64,000 bases of DNA from Lytechinus pictus (Eukaryota). Location of the stretch: contig NC_087252.1 of assembly GCF_037042905.1 (NCBI RefSeq), positions 8,186,001 through 8,250,000 of the forward strand, written 5' to 3'. The stretch's first letter is position 1. The number at the start of each line of letters is the position of its first letter. The notes under the pieces were generated by a model, which saw nothing but the letters and a program-made list of their open reading frames with translations, did not search any database and was not told the DNA's origin. This document shows positions 1-11,650 of the stretch, one piece after another. The position numbers and the translations under genes were made by a program.

Positions 1-35
1 TTCCCCCAATGGACCATACGACCCAGGTAACAAGC

Positions 36-1210
36 CAACGTTGGCTCCACGTTGGAAACTTGAAAGTCGTTGGACGTTGGAAAAACTTGATGGATTAACG
101 TTGAATCGACGTTGGAAACTAGTTTGATGGAAAGATGATGGACAATCAACAATGACACGACGTTGGCAACGTTGGAAACTTGTTAGTTGGAGAGTTGTTG
201 GACAGTCGACAATGTCACAACGTTGGAAACACGTTTGATTGGATAGTTGTTGAACAGCCAGCAAAGGCACAACGTTGGCAACGTTGGAAACTAGTTCGCT
301 GGAAAGTTGTTGAACAACCGACAATGGCACAACGTTGACGAAGTTGGAAACTAGTTTGTTTGGAGATTTGTTGGACGGTCGACAATGGCACAACGTTGGA
401 GACTAGTAAGTTGGAGAGTTGTTGGACAGTCGACAATGTCACAACGTTGGAGACACGTTTGATTGGATAGTTGTTGACAGCCAGCAAAGGCACAACGTTC
501 GCAACGTTGGAAACTAGTTCGCTGGAAAGTTGTTGAACAATCAACAATGACACGACGTTGGCAACGTTGGGAACTTGTTAGTTGGAGAGTTGTTGGACAG
601 TCGACAATGGCACAATGATGGAAACGAGTAGGTTGGAGATTAGTTGGATAGTCGACGATGACACAAGGTTGGCAACGTTGGAAACTAGTTCGATGGAAAG
701 TTGTTGAACAACCAACTATGGCACAACGTTGTCAAAGCTAGAAACTAGTTCGATGGAGATTTGTTGGATAGTCGACGATGGCACAACCTTGATAAAGCTG
801 GAAACTAGTTAGATGGAAAGTTGTTGAACAACTGACACTGGAACAACGTTGGAAACTGATTGGAAACTGGTAGATTGGAGATCAGTAGGATAGTCGACGA
901 TGACACAACTTTGGCAACGTTGGAAAGTTGTTGAACAACAGACAATGGCACAACATTGGAAACTAGTGTGTTGGAGATTTGTTGGACAGTCAACAACGTC
1001 ACAACGTTGGAAACGCGTGTTTGATTGGATAGGTGTTGAACAGCCAACAAAGGCACAGCGTTGACTACGTCGGAAACTAGTTCGATGGAGAGTTGCTGAA
1101 CAACCGACAAAGGAACAACGTTGGAAACTATTTTCTTGGAGATTTGTTTGACAGTCAACATAATATCCCGGCATAATATACACAGTGTTGAGAGCGTTAG
1201 AAACTGGTTC
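36..1210. repeat. Left subterminal degenerate tandem array (~50-60 bp units built on the CAACGTTG palindrome)
   Basis: Recurrent unit like cacaacgttggaaactagtt...gttgttggacagtcgacaatg; explains the spurious ORFs at 215-1212. Confidence 0.9.
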
Positions 1211-2833
1211 ATTGGAGAATTGATAATGATATACAGACGACTACTCGCATAATTTCCAATTGGGCCAAGGGGGGGGGGGGTCGATCAAGTAAGTTTGCTT
1301 GTCTATCCATGTCACCCTTGGTATCCCCCAGCAATAAGGGGAAAAGAAATCGAGAGAGAAGGAAAATAATGGAAGGGAAAGAGGAACTAAAACTAAGTCT
1401 AAGGGGAAAACAAAAATAAAGATGGGGTAGAATAGAGAGGCTGCATGAACCGGGGGGGTGCAAATGTGTCGATTAATATAGAAAATAGAGAGAAAAACAA
1501 GAAAAAAATGTAGTTCAAGACCAGAATTTCCAGAAATGCCCTCGTCCTTTGCAGCTGGCTAGGCCTTTCACAGTAAGTACGAGATATGTAATAGGCCTAC
1601 CGTCACATAACTATAGAAGAAATTGAAGAAGGAAATACAAGCATCAAATGTGCCTATTTAAAAATACCATACTATTCTGATGCGCAGAATTAGTCGCGAC
1701 GTCGGACTCCTTCTGTCATGTCTGTGTAGTCTGCTTCCTTCAATTTTGAACTTGAAGAATCTGGCCCATCCGGCAGAATTTGGACTGGATATAGACAATT
1801 AAATTCCAGAATATCTAGTGATCTGGAACAGTACTTATAAGCTGCATATTTAGGACCTACAATCTACAGTGGAATTTTCTTTGCACTTGCAGATAATCGG
1901 TAAATGCAACCATTGATCCCCTCCGAAAGATCCCGGAGTCAGCTTCTGTGCGCGTACAGTCCGACGCTACTATATTCGTGTAAGTAGTAGTAAAGTAGTA
2001 CTTAACACCAGTCACTGCACAGTATAACATACTAACTAACCGCGTAATTAGCTTGTGTGAGTGACTAATACCATGGACCTATTACGAACGAATGGACATT
2101 CAACGAATCCCCTCCTTTGACACAAAGACCGTCGCCGCTAATCCTTTTATAAACAGAGCGCTGGCAGCTGACACCCATCAAGCCGGTCGTAAAACACGCT
2201 CTCACTGATGGACAGCGGAAATCAATTGTACGCTGCTCCTACCCATTGGGATGTTGTTCGTTCACTTTATCAAAAGCAACGCACAGCAGCGAACGTTAGC
2301 GCTATGAAAATGATAGCAGAAACAAGAAAACAGGCGTGCATAAACGTATTTTTTACGTACATCGCTAACAACCGGAAATGAAATGCATTGATATCACCTT
2401 GCAGATCCGTATATCTACGGCAAAAAAGCAGTTGAAATTTGACGAAAAAATCTGCGGAAAAACGTTAAAATTTCATCTTTTTCGGACAATATTGATGTCG
2501 ATAGTAGCGCTTACCTTCGGTCAGAAGTTGATTTTCATTTGGGCATAAAATTCCACAGGATTGATGAAATTTAACGGGATTTTTTTTGATGGACAGACGA
2601 CAATCGCACATTATAGACAGCCTAAAATAATGTACTGAAAAACCGGATATGAATTGCGCATTGCATTCTAGGTAATGTAGGGACTTTCCCTATTGGCAAT
2701 CGGGGCTACAACATGACCGTCTTTGGTCGAAAGAGGGCCAGTGATCGATCGGTGACGATCATCGGCCGAAAGGAGCTTGTGTAAACAATCGCCCCGGGCG
2801 GTCGTCGTAAAAACCGCGTAAAGAGAAAGTTAA

Positions 2834-3424
2834 AGGACAAGTCCACCCCAACAAAAAGTTGATTTGAATAAAAAGAGAAAAACCCAACAAGCGTAACACC
2901 GAAAGTTTCATCAAAATCGGATGTAAAATAAGAAAGGTATGACATTTTAAAGTTTCGCTTAATTTCACAAAACAGTTATATGCACATCCTGGCTTATATG
3001 CAAATGAGGAGACTATGACGTCATCCACTCACTATTTCTTTTGTATTTTATTATATGAAATATGAAATATTCTAATTTTCTCCTCATTGTCAAGTGATAC
3101 AATGATTAATTCCTCCCTGAACATGTGGTATTAGCATTGTTTAATACTATATGGTTCAGTCAAGTTGGTCCTTATTGTCAAATTTATAAAAAATGAAATA
3201 TTGTATAATTCAAACAATAAAAAACAAAAGAAATAGTGAGTGATGAACATCATCGACTGACTCACCTAGTTGTGCATATCACTGTTTTGTGAAAAATAAG
3301 CGAAACTTTAAAATGTCATAACTTTCTTATTTTACATCCGATTTTGATGAAATTTTCAGCACTAGGCTAGTTTGATTTTTATTTATTTATTCATTTTAGC
3401 ATTTTCCTTGGGTGGACTTGACCT
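2834..3424. mobile_element. Kolobok-like palindromic MITE, family A copy 1
   Basis: TTAA at 2830-2833 and 3425-3428; TIR AGGACAAGTCCACCC / GGGTGGACTTGACCT; long internal inverted arms. Confidence 0.9.
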
Positions 3425-3838
3425 TTAAGGGTTAGACAGCAATTTTGACAGCTGGAAACAGGTGGTGGTCATAAAATGCTCTCGTTGAATGTCCATTCGT
3501 AATAGGTCCATGCTAATACTAACCTCGCAATACGTGTGAGTGGGAGCGAGTATGCGATACCAAGGGCAATGCAACAGTCATTGGGTGATTTCAATAATTT
3601 CAAGTACAGTGTTGAAATCTGGTGTTGGCGTTGTGACAACACCGTACTTGAATCAGGCTGGTGTTGAGAATGACCTCGGAAAATATGGTGTATTTCCGGC
3701 AGTTTGTGTTGAAGGCTGGTGTTGATTGTCATCTGCTGAACCCAACACTGCACTGTGGCTGCATGGTGTTGATGATCTACATGCAATTTCCCCATTCAGC
3801 AACACCGACCCCCAGGGATTGGGAGAATCGTGATTTAA

Positions 3839-4442
3839 AGAACAAGTCCACCCCACCAAAAAGTTAATTTGAATAAAAGGAGAAAATCCAACAAGGAAAA
3901 CACTGAAAATTTCATCAAAATCGGATGTAAAATAAGAAAGTTGTGACATTTTAAAGTTTTGCTTAATTTCACAAAAACAGTTATATGCACATCCTGGTGG
4001 GTATGCAAATGAGGAGACTGATGACGTCACCCACTCACTATTTCTTTTGTATTTTATCTTATGAAATATGAAAAATTCTAATTTTCTCCCCATTGTCATG
4101 TGAAACAAAATTTTATTACTCCCTGAACATGTGGAATTACCATTATTTTAACAGTTTATGGTTAAGTCAAGTTGGTCCTTATTGTCAAATCTGTAAAAAT
4201 TGAAATATTGTATAATTCAAACAATAAAAAACAAAAGAAATAGTGAGTGATGGACATCATCGACTCTCTCATTTGCATATCGCTGAGTTGTGCGTTTAAC
4301 TGTTTTGTGAAAAATTAGCAAAACTTTAAAACGTCATAACTTTCTTATTTTACATCCGATTTTGATGAAATTTGTTGCGTTATGTTTGTTTTATTTTTCT
4401 TTATCGATTCAAATCAACAATTTTCTGGGGTGGACTTGGCCT
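3839..4442. mobile_element. Kolobok-like palindromic MITE, family A copy 2
   Basis: TTAA at 3835-3838 and 4443-4446; TIR AGAACAAGTCCACCCC / GGGGTGGACTTGGCCT; colinear with copy 1. Confidence 0.9.
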
Positions 4443-5329
4443 TTAAAGTTCAGTGTTGGTGTTGATGAACTGTAGCTCACGAACAGGGGACGAATACGAC
4501 GAACCATCTCCGTAAAATTATCTTTTACATTTAAGATGAGAGCAAATCATTGGAGTTTTAATACATTTCAATGAAAAATAATATTACGCTTGGTGTTGGA
4601 GCTCAGTTCAGCGGCCCTTTCACGCTCTCAACACCGTACACCGTACTTAAATCACCCAATGACTTGCTACCCGGCATTCCTGCCTTATTTATTATACGCT
4701 GCCTTGAATTGACCTGGTCGGTCCTGCCTGGCCTAGCCTGGACCGAGTGTTTTCCAACTGCAGTCAAACCTGTAGTAGTTGCTATGTGAGGCATGCTACA
4801 CTTGACGCTGAAATATCATTTAATAGTTATGGCACGAGCGAGACTAGGCCATGGTCATGCATATTGAGATATCAGTTGACTTCTATCTTAATCAAAAAGA
4901 GGCAGTAGCTACGTTACTCTGAGTGAGGCCAAGTTACGCGACCTCCTTTTTAGATTTTGTAAATACTGAGAGACTGCAATTACACATGTGCGTTTTTGTG
5001 ATGATTACGGACATTGCAATTGGCATTGCATACCGAGTCATTAAACAATTGTAGACAGAAACAGAGATTGCAACTCGCAAGAAAATGTAATACATCTTAA
5101 TTCTTATTACATATGCATATGTTTTTTGGTATTAGTCTTGTTTGAGAAAAAGAGGATGTCAAAAAAGTTTGAATGCTACAAAGGCCTCAATAAATATCAC
5201 ACGTAATTCTCTTGATTCCTCTTAATAATGTGAAGAGACTTGTAACAGAAAGAATGAAAATAAATGAATAGCTGTAATAATAGTTGTAATGTTTTTTGAT
5301 AGAATCATGAACAGGTTACAGATGATGAT

Positions 5330-6568
5330 GGCACAGTGTTGAAAACTGTTTGATGGAGATGGCGCATCGTTGGATTTGTTTAAAATTAGACCAACAAAGA
5401 ATCAACGTTACAACAACATTTAACCGATATTAGACAAACATTGAATCAACGTTTACGCCAACGTTGGACTAACATTGGACTAAAGTTGAATCAACTTTCC
5501 ATCAACATTGGACCAACATTATACCAACGTTGGATCAACATCACCCAACGTTGGACCAAAATTGGACCAACGCTGCCATACCTGCCTCATCTGGACATAA
5601 TGATTATGCACTCATGAATATTCATTACATCAGTAAATGACCCAAATTTTTGGTAATATTGCTATAATAATTAGAGTACATGTATTTATGTTTATTCAAT
5701 ATTTCCACCATGAAAAGTTTCAGAAAAGTATGTGGCTCCACTACCATATCATGTATAATCAAAACATATTATTCTAAGTGAAATTTTCAAGGTTAAGTGT
5801 GGAAATGATATTAACTGTATTCTGCCAAGTATAGCAAAGTTGCTCTATATATAGGAGTCAATGACAGGATACAGTGGATAGGTGTAGGATGATAGGAATA
5901 GGATATAGGATTAGGGTGTAGGATTTTAGGATAGGATAAGACATGATGATAAAGATTAGAGTGTAGAGTTGTAATGGTGGACTTCACCTTGAAACCAATT
6001 AATGTTTTGTTAATTACTGCCATACGTTGGAATAACGTTGGATCAATGTTGGAGCAACGTTGTGACAACGTTGTAACAATGTTGCCAGACAACGTTGGAG
6101 CATTGTTGCTGGACAGCGTTGAACCAACGTTGTAAACATAGTTGGACTGACGATGTATGCACGTGCACGTCCATCGCTGCTTCAACGTTGCCCATCAACG
6201 TTGCAGCAACGCTGTTATTGATGACTCAGCCGACATTATACCAACGTTGGAGCATTGATGGTGGACAACGTTGAACTGACGTTGGAAATGTTGTTGGTCT
6301 GACGATGTATGGACGTGCACTTCTATCGATGATGCAACGTTGCTTACCAACATTGTAGCAATGTTGTATTTGACTATTTAGCCAACATTGGATCAACGTT
6401 GCCAGACAACGTTGAAACATTGTTGCTGGACAACGTTGAACTGACGTTGGAAATGTTGTTGGTCTGACGATGTATGCGCGTGCACTTCTATCGATGATTC
6501 AACGTTTGCCTGCCAACGTTGAGGCAACGTTGGGAAAAAAAATTCCCAACGTTGGTCCAACGCTGTAT
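5330..6568. repeat. Right subterminal CAACGTTG arrays (about 5330-5580 and 6020-6568)
   Basis: Dense ccaacgttg/caacattg motifs running up to the right TIR. Confidence 0.85.
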
Positions 6569-6786
6569 TGTTACCTGGGGAAGATATCAAAATAGTATGT
6601 TGTCCTTGAATCGAGACATACAAGAAAAAAAATGCAGAAACGTCAATACAGCTCCCGCAGTTTGCAAATTGCAATTGGGCAAGACACAACAACAAATAAT
6701 TCAGCAAAATTAGGTCCTGACCATGAAACCTATAATTATAGACCAAATTAAAGTGGGTTCTATGTTTTAATCCCATTAGGTCTGAT

Positions 6787-8160
6787 TTATTTCTGTATAT
6801 TTATTGGAAATCCTTCAAGTTTCCGGCAGGAGTTCGTCCACCATTTTGTTAAAGGAGGAAGGCTTTGGCGGACCGACAGACCCTCACTGGTTGATTTCTC
6901 ATCAGCTAGCAATCTGTTGACGACTTGACACATATTCCAGGGCTCAAAGAGCCATTTTGCCATGTTTTCACTAAAAGCCACAACGGATCCGTATTTCTTC
7001 CATTCAAAAAACGTATTATAGAGACGGTCGTTTCTGTCTAAGAGGTTGATATAGTCAGCAAGGTCCTGGAGGGTTTCAAAGTCCTCAACATGGATGAATG
7101 AATGGGGAGGGGCCACTGCTTCGTAATCTGCGCGCGGAGCTCCAAAGACAATTGGGATTAAATCGTTCATATAGGCATTGTTCCATAATTTTTCAGTGAT
7201 GTAATCACGACAGGCGCTGTTCTCAAAGGCAAGGTAGAACTTGAATTGTCGGAGGAAACTACTGCATGATGTCACAAAGTTCTCCCCTTCTCTTTTGGCA
7301 TGACGTGCAGGACAAGGGGCCTGTTTACCACACTTGCCATATATACCTACATCCACCAGGCGAGAGAGTTCTTTGACGAAGCCTGTCCTATTCCAGTGAA
7401 GATATCGATTGTTAACATGATCACATTGTTGCGCCAACCAAACAACCTTTCCTTTCCGACCGCTTGCCCAATTTCGTGTATCATTGAGCTCGACTGATGG
7501 TTTGCTGGCATTGTAGTAGCCATAACCCCCGAACAGTTGTGCATACCGGGATCGATACGTCATGTAATAATCATAAGCCCTAGTGCGGTATTCCTGAGGT
7601 GGGACACTATGGGGTTCTGTGTTCACTGGGCTTTCATTTGAGAAGAAGATCCATTTTTGTCCTTTAGGTTTCTGATTTATTAATTTACTCCAATCCCACT
7701 TCACCAAATGGAATGGAAAGACAGCGTGGCTGTTATTCAGAGTTTCATAGTTTGTATCGAAGATCAATCTAACACCGCATGGTAAACCGGGACAAGGTTC
7801 TATCCCTCGAGGTCGGATCTGGAATACATTAGGACCCCATATCTGGACTTGTCTAGAGCAATTTGGACTCTGGGTTTCATTAGCACTGGGCTTGTTTGGA
7901 CTGTGTATGTCCGAAAAGTTTGTACTTCTATGTAGAACTCGGAAAAAGTATGCGTAAGGGTCGTCACTTCCAGTTGGAATATTTTCTTTTTGTTTGATTC
8001 CTATTTCTCTCTGAACTGACTTATGATTTTGCGGCTTCTTTTGTTCTACCAGTTTCATCGTTTTCCATTCCTGACTGTTTGAGCTCCAGAGTGATATCAC
8101 AACTACGGTCACAAGAGAAATAAGCCATGCCAGTAGAAGGAACTGGTGTATAGAGGCCAT
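6787..8160 (-). CDS. Alpha-1,3/4-fucosyltransferase (GT10 family), type II membrane protein, about 457 aa, single coding exon
   Basis: GT10 signature FKFYLAFENSACRDYITEKLWNNA, followed by PIVFGAPRADYE..PPHSFIHVEDF..LA.YI..LD.ND.LY..FF.W; also WIFFSNESP and YMTYRS; N-terminal TM helix FLLLAWLISLVTVVVISLW. The first 21 aa of the ORF-track call overlap an intron acceptor, so the start is placed at MASIHQ (8160). Confidence 0.93.
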   Translation of the reverse strand: MASIHQFLLLAWLISLVTVVVISLWSSNSQEWKTMKLVEQKKPQNHKSVQREIGIKQKENIPTGSDDPYAYFFRVLHRSTNFSDIHSPNKPSANETQSPNCSRQVQIWGPNVFQIRPRGIEPCPGLPCGVRLIFDTNYETLNNSHAVFPFHLVKWDWSKLINQKPKGQKWIFFSNESPVNTEPHSVPPQEYRTRAYDYYMTYRSRYAQLFGGYGYYNASKPSVELNDTRNWASGRKGKVVWLAQQCDHVNNRYLHWNRTGFVKELSRLVDVGIYGKCGKQAPCPARHAKREGENFVTSCSSFLRQFKFYLAFENSACRDYITEKLWNNAYMNDLIPIVFGAPRADYEAVAPPHSFIHVEDFETLQDLADYINLLDRNDRLYNTFFEWKKYGSVVAFSENMAKWLFEPWNMCQVVNRLLADEKSTSEGLSVRQSLPPLTKWWTNSCRKLEGFPINIQK

Positions 8161-8181
8161 TGCAAGTTGAATAGATGAATT

Positions 8182-8218
8182 CTGTAAGGGAGAGGCGAAT
8201 CGAAAAATAGAAAAGTAA
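8182..8218 (-). promoter_or_regulatory. 3' splice acceptor upstream of the fucosyltransferase ATG (5'UTR intron)
   Basis: Minus strand ttacttttctatttttcgattcgcctctcccttacag|aattc: polypyrimidine tract plus CAG, 21 nt before the ATG. Confidence 0.75.
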
Positions 8219-8607
8219 TACATAATTGTACATAATTGAACTGATAGTGTAGAGAATACAGGCTATTCCCTTGGACCGATGAATATGCATAGTCCTACAA
8301 GCATCGTTGGATCACATCCACCAAGAAAAAAGAATTAATTACAAATAGTAAAATAAAAGCCTACTGTAACATTTGAAACTCAATCGGAATTGGGGTGAAA
8401 ATAACGTTATTATAACTCGAAATTTTGTTCATTTTCACAAAACAGAGATGAGCATCTCACAGGGTATATGCAAATGAGAATACTGACGTGCGGCATTTTT
8501 CACCATTTTTCTTTTCCTTTTTATTTGTCTAAGGGGAAGTTCACCCTGACAAAATATTTATTGTAAAAATAGCAGAAAAATGATAAAACATATTGGCGAA
8601 AGTGTAA

Positions 8608-8735
8608 AGGGCAAGTCCACCCCAGAAAAAATATTGATTTGAATAAAAAGAGAAAAAAATCAAAGTAGCATAACGCTAGTTATGACATTATATCATTTTA
8701 TTGAAATAAACTTTTTGTTGGATTGGACTTGTCCT
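8608..8735. mobile_element. Internally deleted (128 bp) family A Kolobok-like MITE nested in family B
   Basis: AGGGCAAGTCCACCCC ... TGGACTTGTCCT, flanked by GTAA and TTAA. Confidence 0.8.
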
Positions 8736-9460
8736 TTAAGGAAAATCCACCATTTTAATTTAATCATTTGATTTGTGACGTCATATGCGAGGAATTTTTC
8801 TACATATCGTATGGTAAAACCTTACGAAATGTAACTTTCTCAGAAAATTGAAAGTGGCTTTTATTGTAACTTCAGTATATTAATAAACAAATTATTTCAC
8901 ACAAGCTCCTAAAAAGAAAATCAAAGATAAGTCACCAAGAACCCCCCATAAAGAACTTTATGCATTTTATATTACTTAACACATTGGACAGCTGCAAGTT
9001 TATGTCGTCACAATTCAAAAACTTGAAATTCTAATAAATTTCTCAATCTTTAATGGATTTTCCTCAAATCTTCACTAATAACGGCAAATTATTTCAAAAG
9101 AAATTGAATTTTATGTATGAATTGGTAAATAGACCCAAACATATTATTATATCCGGATATAATTAGCCAATTTCATGTCCATTTGATGGTAAATGTTTAT
9201 TTATACCATACAACAATGAACACCTCATATGTGAAAACACTGTGCCTGTAACTCCTCATTTCCTCTTACTCTCTTCTACTCTTTCTCTCTGTCACGCAAT
9301 TATAAAAAAAAACAGACAAATGCCACACACAGTATTACAGTATTACTATAATTATTTTAATTACAAATAATACAAAGGTTTCATTTAATTAATTTATACA
9401 GATATATACAAATATAAGATTACATAATCAAAAGTACACATGTATTAATTCCATCCCCAA

Positions 9461-11266
9461 CTGGTCAAAGCGGAAAGAAATTTACCGGATTGTGATCACT
9501 GGTCAAAGCGGAAAGAAATTTACCGGATTGTGATCACTGATCAAAGCGGAAAGAAACTTACCGGATTTTGATCACTGATCAAAGCGGAAAGAAATTTACC
9601 GGATTTTGATCACTGGTCAAAGCAGGGTTGTTTGATTTAAATCATGTCGATTTAAATCATGATTTAAATCGCGATTTAAATCACTTGATTTTTTTCAAAA
9701 AAATCATTGATTTAAATCAACTTTTATGAAAAAAATAAGTTTTCTCTATTTTCTCTTCTTCTTAACAGATACTTTCAATGTAATCATTTTCATTTCTGTT
9801 CCACATGCTTTAGATATACTTTAAAAGAATGATACACCCTCATGGAGTCTGATTTAACACCACTGTTTTATTTTCAAATTGTAAAACAAGCAAAACAGAT
9901 GAAAACAACAAGTTTCTAACGAAGTAATGATAAATAACTCTCTGTATGTACACCAAACTGTTAAATCTTCAATAAAATAATATATAAAATCTACAAAGGT
10001 GCTCAAAGTCCACAACTTGGATACTTTTACAAAACAGCTGAACTACTTGTATGTACCTCCTTCTTGTTACTATTAATACCCATTCTTTCAATTACTTAAG
10101 TTGAAGGCATATGTGTACATTTGATAAGAATTACATGTATATTTGCATGCTCGTGTATTTTCTTACCAATACCCATACATTCAATTACACAATTTTAAAG
10201 TACACATGTATACTTAATAAGTAAGAATTTAAAAATGGGAAAGTTGCTGGGCAAGTGTTACTGTATGCAGCAATACAACTGCTGTGCTTGCTTGTTCATG
10301 TAATAGTTTGAAAAAAACAGCACATCAATGATGTGGTAGACAGTGGTGCTTATCCTGCATCTTGCAACGAAATTTATTGAAGTTTTATTTGGAACTGAGG
10401 TTACACTGTAATGAAAACATAAAATGTGTATTTTGTTACAAGCATATCAGGAAGAGCCTATTGCAAATCTGGTTAAATATTATATTCAAATTAGATGTTA
10501 ACGTACAGTTGTGACTTGCGAATGCTTTGTATACCAGATGTAGCTCTAGAGTTGCAAACCCTATTTCTGTGGAAACAAGTCTTAATATGACAAAGCTTTA
10601 CAATGGCTTAAAGGCATTGGTTAACATTGTGTTCAGTTTTAAAAATCTGAGTTGCATGTTCTCACGTGTATGCTAACATGTCTATGGGAATATAGAAATG
10701 AAACAGAGCAAAAAATGCTTTAAAGTGTTATCATTTAAAGAAGCAATGTTCAAAAGACTACTTGACCACTATTATTGGTGTAAAACAGTTTAAATATAGT
10801 TTAAAACTTGTTAAGTGTGACCATTATTTTTCGTTGGAAAAAAATAAAAAAAATCTGATTTAAATCATAAAAATCCGATAAAAAAAAAAAATCCGATTTT
10901 TTTTATTTAAAAAAAAAAATAAAAAAAAATCAACAACCCTGGGTCAAAGCGGAAAGAAATTTACCGGATTGTGATCACTGATCAAAGCGGAAAGAAATTA
11001 ACCGGATTTTGATCACTGGTCAAAGCGGAAAGAAATTTACCCGATTGTGATCACTGGTCAAAGCGGAAGGAAATTTACCCGATTGTGACCACTGGTCAAA
11101 GCGGAAAGAAATTTACCCGATTGTGATCACTGATCAAAGCGGAAAGAAATTTACCAGATTTTGATCACTGCTTGAAGCGGAAAGAAATTTACCGGATTTT
11201 GATCACTGCTTGAAGCGGAAAAAAATTTACCGGATGTTGATCACTGGTCAAAAGCGGAAAGAAATT
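9461..11266. repeat. 38-bp minisatellite (~13 units), split by a hAT-like insertion
   Basis: Unit CTGGTCAAAGCGGAAAGAAATTTACCGGATTGTGATCA in head-to-tail tandem at 9461-9622 and 10942-11266; no spacers. Confidence 0.95.
9623..10941. mobile_element. Non-autonomous hAT-like element
   Basis: Perfect 8-bp TSD GGTCAAAG (9615-9622, 10942-10949); ends CAGGGTTGTT / AACAACCCTG; subterminal GATTTAAATC palindromes. Confidence 0.92.
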
Positions 11267-11439
11267 TTGGCTGTTTTTACAACAAAGTTCTCGTTTTGGT
11301 GAACTTTCCCATCTATTACAGAAATGTAATGTAATAAATTTTCCTTCCAATAAAAAAAATCAGATTCTCAGTTCTGTACATCTTTAATATTTTTTTTTTC
11401 AAACTATCTTGTTTGGGTGAGTTCACTGACCACATCAAA

Positions 11440-11650
11440 GTAAAAAAAATATAGCGCCTATCAAAATTGCTCTAAGCGCTTTACATCACAAAACCTAACT
11501 ACTTAACTTAATAAACTAAACTCCCTTATTAACTTAACTACCTTACATAACTAAACATCCAACGTAACTACCTTATATATCTAAAATACCAACTTAACTA
11601 CGGACAAATAAACCTTAAAAATCATACTATACTCAACAAAAAAATAAGTC
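11440..11650 (-). mobile_element. 3' tail fragment of an L2-group LINE/SINE
   Basis: Minus strand TGTAAAGCGCTTAGAGC...GGCGCTATA resembles the L2 tail at 52120-52165. Confidence 0.5.

Larger units (their letters stand above)
22..6579. mobile_element. Non-autonomous CACTA/EnSpm (CMC)-like DNA transposon with subterminal repeat arrays, about 6.56 kb including nested insertions
   Basis: Left end CCCAGGTAACA (22-32) is the exact reverse complement of right end TGTTACCTGGG (6569-6579). GA flanks both sides (20-21, 6580-6581), consistent with a 2-bp TSD. CCCAG fits the CMC CMCWR terminus. CAACGTTG-rich arrays lie at both ends. No transposase ORF seen. Confidence 0.75.
8533..11310. mobile_element. 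Kolobok-like MITE, family B, expanded by nested insertions
   Basis: Left end GGGGAAGTTCACCCTGAC...TTGTAAAAATAGCAGAAAAA matches the inverted right end TTTTGGCTGTTTTTACAA...GGTGAACTTTCCC (~11265-11310). A second, truncated copy starts at 45895 after TTAA. Confidence 0.6.

Noticed and set aside
215..1212. ORFs with repeated SNVVPL/QRC motifs (also 5811-6776)
   Set aside because: They are translations of the CAACGTTG subterminal arrays and are open in several frames.
9461..11266. CRISPR-like 38-bp repeats
   Set aside because: Units are directly adjacent with no unique spacers, no cas genes are present, and the context is eukaryotic.
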